NCBI GenBank assembly: GCA_039179045.1
Contig: JBCDEZ010000023.1
Location: forward strand, 1 to 22,581
Reading direction: 5' to 3'
Source of the DNA: Chlamydiota bacterium
GTDB lineage: Bacteria; Chlamydiota; Chlamydiia; Chlamydiales; SM23-39
DNA: 22,581 nt
Shown here: in pieces, positions 17,885-22,581 of the stretch
Layout: each line of letters opens with the position of its first letter
Numbering within the stretch: the first letter of the stretch is position 1
Notes under the pieces: model-generated
What the model saw: only the letters and a program-made list of their open reading frames with translations
The model's database searches: none
Told to the model about the DNA's origin: nothing
Position numbers and translations under genes: made by a program

Positions 17885-18976
17885 CTATTTTGTAAACAGA
17901 CTTTCGTATACCTTCTCAATACGCTCTCCCATGACCGCTTTTGTAAAGGATTGCAAGACAAGCGCCTTCCCATTTTTTCCAAGCATTTCTCTCCACTCGG
18001 GACTCTTTTGCATTTTTATGATGGCCTCTTGAACAAGTGGGGGACTTTTGGGAGGCACCAAAATGCCTGTCTTTCCTGGCAAACAGACCTCAGGGCTTCC
18101 CCCGATGCTAGTGGCGATCAGCGGTTTTTGCAAAAAAGCTGCTTGCAAAAGAGCTTGGGATACGCCCTCATTTGCTGTACTCAACAAAACAAAAGCGTCG
18201 CAAAGATCCATCGCAGAGAAAGGTACTTCGAGGTGGCCTGTGAAAAAGACGGTCTTTTCTAAACCATATTCTGCCGCCTTCTTTGCATAATGAGCCCAAT
18301 TGCCCCCTCCAATTAGCAGAAATTTGATGGTAGGATCTTTTCCCAACAGGTGGGCAGCTTCAATGAGATCTTCGATCCCTTTCCAAGAGCGCATTACACA
18401 GGCGGTACCTACCACAAAATCGGTCTCCTTGATAGAAAACCGGGCGCGCCAGCTTTTTGTTTCTTTTGGATCTGTGCGCATCGTATCTGGTGCAAGGCCT
18501 GTGGGTATGGAAAGACAACGCTCCGGGGGAAGTTTCGCCTGGAGTTGGATCTTAGGCACGATCTCTTCACAGGTCGTGATGGTTCGATCGGCTAGCAGGT
18601 TGTACAAACACCAGCTATTGCAACCAGATTTGATCGGAGTCGAGACATGTCTTGTGCGCACGACCTTTTTCCGACAGATCTTAGCCACAATTCCGCCAAT
18701 CCAAGCATCTAAAGAAGAGTGCGTTGCAACAACATCAAACCTCTCTTTGAGTAGGAAATGTGCGAGCTGCCAAAAGGTCTTCCACCAAAAACGGCGCCGG
18801 AAAGAGAAATGCTGGATGGGAAAACCGGCGGCTTCCGCTCTACTGTTGAGAAGAGCTTCCGGTTCCAAGCCGAAAACCACCTGGTGACCTTGATCGCGCA
18901 TCCAAAGCGCTCCTTCTAGAATCCGTTTTTCCTGTCCACCCCAACCATCTGAGGCTTCTATTTCCAAAATCTTCAT
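17885..18976 (-). CDS. Glycosyltransferase family 4 (GT-B fold)
   Basis: Motifs GWGGQEKR, THSSLDAW, VRTRH, IPTG, RSWKG, NEGVSQALLQA, GGSPEV and TGILVPP. The ATG at 18976 overlaps the mutY stop (ATGA). Confidence 0.93.
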   Translation of the reverse strand: MKILEIEASDGWGGQEKRILEGALWMRDQGHQVVFGLEPEALLNSRAEAAGFPIQHFSFRRRFWWKTFWQLAHFLLKERFDVVATHSSLDAWIGGIVAKICRKKVVRTRHVSTPIKSGCNSWCLYNLLADRTITTCEEIVPKIQLQAKLPPERCLSIPTGLAPDTMRTDPKETKSWRARFSIKETDFVVGTACVMRSWKGIEDLIEAAHLLGKDPTIKFLLIGGGNWAHYAKKAAEYGLEKTVFFTGHLEVPFSAMDLCDAFVLLSTANEGVSQALLQAAFLQKPLIATSIGGSPEVCLPGKTGILVPPKSPPLVQEAIIKMQKSPEWREMLGKNGKALVLQSFTKAVMGERIEKVYESLFTK

Positions 18977-19983
18977 AGAATCATCTCCTGCAAAATTTTC
19001 CGGTGCCCAGAAGAAAAGGGGAGTTGATGTAGCTCCTCTTTTTGAACCCAAGTATATCCTTCCAGCTCGGGTAGATCTCGCAGAAAAAGGTGGTAGGGCC
19101 GCAGCGTCACACGAAAGCGCGTGAAGGTGTGCCGGACACAGTCATACTCCAAAAAGCGGGTACAATCCCATGCCTGTACAAGGCAGTACTGGCGAAGAGA
19201 AAAGGAATCTTCCCAGGAAGTATAGGGAAATTCGAATAGATCTTTCATGATAGGAGTCGTATTTTTGCGCACTGCAACGCTCCCCCTACATTCGAGGAGG
19301 AACACAGCGCGCTTGAGACGCTCGTAAGCGATTTTTTTCGCTTTGTACGGGAGCGCTTCTTGCATCTGCTTTCTGCGAGAAGAACAGGTTTTTTTCAGGG
19401 GACAGGAAAAGCAGTTGGGCTTTTTTCCGCAGATCAAAGCGCCCAGCTCGATCAGAGCCTCTCCCAGGAAATACCCCGACTCTTCTATCTCTTTGGCAGC
19501 TTTTTGCAAGGCGCGCTTTGCTGCTGCAGAGGTGATCTCTTCTTCGATGCAGAAGTAGCGAGCTAGCACTCTTTGCACATTCCCATCAATTGGAACGTCC
19601 TTGCTTTCAAACGCAAACGCAGCAATCGCCTTCGCTGTGTAGGGGCCAATTCCTTGGATTTCGAGAAGCGTTGCTGCATCTTTAGGGAAGGTGCCCGACC
19701 ACTTTTCCACAATTTGCCGCGCTCCTAGGTGCAGATTGCGCGCTCTTTGGTAGTATCCGAGACCCTCCCAAAGCTTGATGACAAGGTCGATGGAAGCTGA
19801 CGCAAGCGCTTCTACGGAAGGGAAAGCCTCCATCCATCTGAGGAAGTAAGGAACTACAACGGGCGCTCTTGTCTGCTGGAGCATCACCTCAGATACCCAT
19901 ACAGAATAGGGAGTTTTGTTCTCCCTCCAAGGAAACGTTCTTTTATTCGTCTGAAACCAGTGGTATAACGCGTGATGGTCCAT
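18973..19983 (-). CDS. mutY: A/G-specific adenine glycosylase
   Basis: FPWR, YSVWVSEVMLQQT, WEGLGYYQRARNLH, HhH motif GIGPYTA, DGNVQRV, Fe-S cysteine cluster, and a C-terminal NUDIX-like domain (FEFP, HTFT). Confidence 0.97.
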   Translation of the reverse strand: MDHHALYHWFQTNKRTFPWRENKTPYSVWVSEVMLQQTRAPVVVPYFLRWMEAFPSVEALASASIDLVIKLWEGLGYYQRARNLHLGARQIVEKWSGTFPKDAATLLEIQGIGPYTAKAIAAFAFESKDVPIDGNVQRVLARYFCIEEEITSAAAKRALQKAAKEIEESGYFLGEALIELGALICGKKPNCFSCPLKKTCSSRRKQMQEALPYKAKKIAYERLKRAVFLLECRGSVAVRKNTTPIMKDLFEFPYTSWEDSFSLRQYCLVQAWDCTRFLEYDCVRHTFTRFRVTLRPYHLFLRDLPELEGYTWVQKEELHQLPFSSGHRKILQEMIL

Positions 19984-20042
19984 GAGGGATGAAACGCTCC
20001 TTTTATTGGCGATAACGACTCAAACTAGGGTGAGCATACACG

Positions 20043-21035
20043 ATGCAGAAAAAGCTTGCATGCCTGATTTACGGCAACCAGCAACACTATATCGACCATA
20101 TAGCGCCTCTTTCCTATTTGCTCGACATTCCCCTGCTCACAAACGATGTCGATGTAGAAACGAAAGTGCGCACCTTTTATCCAGAGGTCGATTGCCTCTG
20201 GCAAGACACGCCCGATCTTGCAAGGCGTGTAGGGGATTGCGATGCGGTGATCTCTTGCATGGCAGGAGGTTATTTAAAACCGGTTTTACAAGCGCATGCG
20301 CCTTCAAAAAAGTCGCCTACATACATTTTTTGTCCTCATGGCAACTCAGATAAAGACAATTTGCAGATGCTCGAAAAAGAGACGCATCTCTTCGTCTACG
20401 GTAAGCAGATGCAAGAGCGCCTCCCCCGCTCTTCTTTCGAACAAAACATCTTCTTTTTCGGAGACTACCGAAGGCAGTACTATGCAAAGAAGCGTGCATT
20501 CTACCAAAAACTGAGCGCCTCTTTTCTTCCAAGAAGCCTACAAAAAAGTTCCTATTTTCTCTATACACCTACCTGGGCAGACTATGAGAGGCATTTTTCT
20601 TTGGAGCGGCTTACCTGTTTTTTGCGCCAGTTTCCTCGAAACGTACCACTTGTAGTCAAACTACATCCCAATACCTGGCTCCAAGACGAACCCCACCTGT
20701 TGCGCTTGCAATACACCTACGAGAGCCAGCACTGCTGCTTTCTTGAAAACATTCCTCTCATCTATCCCTTCGTTGAGCGTTGTAGAGCCCATATCGGCGA
20801 CGGATCTTCGATCGGCTATGACGCCCTTTTGCTAGGGAAGCCTCTGTTTTTCTACACGCGCAAACAAAAACGATCTCTTTTTTCCTACGGCAAACATCTC
20901 TTTCGAAAAAACTGCCCACAAGCCCTTAGGAATGCGCATATCGATCAAAAAAAATCGACCGAATTCGCTGCGTATGTTTTTACAAAAAATGTGTGTTTGC
21001 GCACTCTAAAAAAAAACTTGATTGCGCGTTTATGA
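20043..21035 (+). CDS. CDP-glycerol glycerophosphotransferase (TagF/TagB-like) family protein, copy 1
   Basis: Motifs PHG, LYTPTW, VKLHP and IGDGSSIGYDALLLGKP correspond to the WHG, LYAPTW, K/RLHP and ITDYSSV-x-D motifs of the TagF family. Confidence 0.8.
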   Translation: MQKKLACLIYGNQQHYIDHIAPLSYLLDIPLLTNDVDVETKVRTFYPEVDCLWQDTPDLARRVGDCDAVISCMAGGYLKPVLQAHAPSKKSPTYIFCPHGNSDKDNLQMLEKETHLFVYGKQMQERLPRSSFEQNIFFFGDYRRQYYAKKRAFYQKLSASFLPRSLQKSSYFLYTPTWADYERHFSLERLTCFLRQFPRNVPLVVKLHPNTWLQDEPHLLRLQYTYESQHCCFLENIPLIYPFVERCRAHIGDGSSIGYDALLLGKPLFFYTRKQKRSLFSYGKHLFRKNCPQALRNAHIDQKKSTEFAAYVFTKNVCLRTLKKNLIARL

Positions 21036-22129
21036 GCCGGATTGCCGCTATCTCGAGAACCTCGTGCGAGCACCATATTGACCACTTAGCTCCCCTATGC
21101 GTAGCTCTCGAAGCGCCTCTTCTTACTCCTAGCGAAAAAGAGGCGGAACTCGCTGAAAATTTCTATCCAGATCTTTCTGTACAGAGAATTCCTCCTGAAA
21201 AGTTTCATATTCCCTTTCTAGTCGACTCGAATTATGACGTCTGGATCCACAGCTTTCCTTGGCCCAAAGAGCTCATTGAAGAGCATCCACTCGCGGAAAA
21301 AAAGACAATACGGCGCCTTTTCACGCCGCACGGGTACTCAGACAAACAGGATCTAGAAGATACTTGGTCTGACTACCGGCACAACGATCTGACTCTTGTA
21401 TATGGACAAAGGCTAAAAAGCATCTTGCTCAGAAAAAAAGTTCCCATCGTGTCTGTAGAAATGGGCAACCTTCGTCACAGCTACTACCTCAAACATCGCT
21501 CTTTTTTTGATGAAAAAGTAGAAAAATACGTCTTGGGAAATTTACCCCGGGAGAAACCGACTCTTCTATACGCACCAAGCTGGAAAATAGGACAAGCATC
21601 CTCTTCTCTTTACAAGGCAGAGAAGTTCGTATTTCAGACGCTGCCTCGGTACTTCTCCGTGATTGTTAAATTGCACCCTTGGCAAGAAAAAGACAACGTA
21701 GCTGCGCTCTACCAGATTCTTGCCCGCTACGAAAATACTGAGTCGGTAAAAATCGTAGAAGATTTTTCGTGCATCTACGCCCTACTCGCCAAAGCGGATC
21801 TTTTTTTGGGAGACGTTTCTTCTACTTCATACGACTGTCTTCCTTTCAAAGTACCTATGTTCTTTCTCAATACCACAGAGCTACCAGAAAAGCACCCCGC
21901 TCTTTTTCTACAGCGTTATGGCTCCAAGATCTCCTTGAAAAATCCAGAAAAAGAGGCGAAAAAGATGCTAGACTCTCTAGAAAAAGAGGATCCCATGCAC
22001 ACAGAAAAAGAGAAATTGTACCGCCAGGTGTTTGGAACTTATTTGCCGTTCGAAGAACGGCGATTGCGTCTGATAAAACAGCTATCACACCTTTGCGGCC
22101 CCTTGGATATCCCCAAAGGCGTCTACTGA
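21032..22129 (+). CDS. CDP-glycerol glycerophosphotransferase (TagF/TagB-like) family protein, copy 2
   Basis: Motifs PHGYSDK, LLYAPSW, VKLHP and ADLFLGDVSSTSYD. The ATG at 21032 overlaps the stop of copy 1 (ATGA). It shares H-x-IDH-x-APL with copy 1. Confidence 0.82.
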   Translation: MSRIAAISRTSCEHHIDHLAPLCVALEAPLLTPSEKEAELAENFYPDLSVQRIPPEKFHIPFLVDSNYDVWIHSFPWPKELIEEHPLAEKKTIRRLFTPHGYSDKQDLEDTWSDYRHNDLTLVYGQRLKSILLRKKVPIVSVEMGNLRHSYYLKHRSFFDEKVEKYVLGNLPREKPTLLYAPSWKIGQASSSLYKAEKFVFQTLPRYFSVIVKLHPWQEKDNVAALYQILARYENTESVKIVEDFSCIYALLAKADLFLGDVSSTSYDCLPFKVPMFFLNTTELPEKHPALFLQRYGSKISLKNPEKEAKKMLDSLEKEDPMHTEKEKLYRQVFGTYLPFEERRLRLIKQLSHLCGPLDIPKGVY

Positions 22130-22195
22130 AAAATCAGTGAGCGAGGGACCTTGTCTTGCATGTAAAGAGCAAACAGGTCTCACGCAAAAGAGCCT

Positions 22196-22291
22196 TTGAA
22201 AAAGCATTGGCCGGCCGTTTTGATGAGTTTGAAGAACCACATACTCGACCATATCGCTCTCTTTTGTGCTCATGTGGATCTTCCTCTTCTT
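22196..22291 (+). pseudogene. N-terminal stump of a third TagF-like paralogue
   Basis: NHILDHIALFCAHVDLPLL aligns with HYIDHIAPLSYLLDIPLL (copy 1) and HHIDHLAPLCVALEAPLL (copy 2) at a similar distance from the start. Similarity ends after about codon 32. Confidence 0.7.
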
Positions 22292-22325
22292 CGACTCGTT
22301 GTAATAGCCGTATTAGTGAACTACT

Positions 22326-22581
22326 TCAGATCTCCTCTTCCTCCTGATAACGGAATGCCTGCAGTACCTCTTTTGCCCTATTCATCACGTTTTGCCATTC
22401 AAGAGTATCAATGAAATCCTCTGCCAAATAGGGTCGATCATCGGACTCGAAAAAAGATTCGAAGAAATTCCGAAAATTTAAAAGTATTCGGTACTGTTCT
22501 TCTGTTATTTTATAGGACTTATATTGCTTTAAGATAGGATCTCCATCATCAAAAAAGTGACAAACAGTCTCGGTAAAATCA
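22326..22581 (-). CDS. Partial CDS (5' end outside the window): acidic, aromatic-rich small protein resembling putative polymorphic-toxin immunity proteins
   Basis: Not in the ORF track. Open frame of 84 codons from 22580 to TGA at 22326: DFTETVCHFFDDGDPILKQYKSYKITEEQYRILLNFRNFFESFFESDDRPYLAEDFIDTLEWQNVMNRAKEVLQAFRYQEEEEI*. The family resemblance is from memory. Confidence 0.8.
   Translation of the reverse strand, partial: DFTETVCHFFDDGDPILKQYKSYKITEEQYRILLNFRNFFESFFESDDRPYLAEDFIDTLEWQNVMNRAKEVLQAFRYQEEEEI

Overview
Chromosomal segment of a bacterium that is very probably a non-Chlamydiaceae member of the Chlamydiota. This is inferred from the tRNA-Gly/rpsB/tsf/pyrH/frr/tRNA-Glu/tRNA-Lys order, the chlamydial-type gspD-E-F-G cluster with its upstream hypothetical gene, an orphan FliO-like gene and the protein sequences. 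From left to right the window holds: an AT-rich orphan gene; tRNA-Lys and tRNA-Glu; frr, pyrH, tsf and rpsB; tRNA-Gly; a degenerate UDP-glucuronate decarboxylase-like gene; about 0.9 kb without a credible gene; a small ORF coupled to a FliO-like gene; a short Wza-like lipoprotein; a type II secretion cluster; a small membrane protein; about 1.5 kb without a credible gene; a GT4 glycosyltransferase; mutY; and two tandem TagF/TagB-like phosphotransferases. Three elements are not explained by the ORF track. (1) A perfect 19-bp IS903-like inverted repeat pair (8352-8370 and 17090-17108), with decayed IS5-family transposase fragments just inside, brackets the whole T2SS cluster. (2) A roughly 32-codon stump of a third TagF-like paralogue starts at 22196. 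(3) The 3' part of a minus-strand gene resembling polymorphic-toxin immunity proteins runs off the right edge. I see no clear-cut novel system. The best leads are the IS-bracketed and truncated T2SS block, the expanded or degenerate surface-glycan genes, and the possible toxin-immunity insertion at the right edge. All family calls are from motif recognition by eye; no database search was run.
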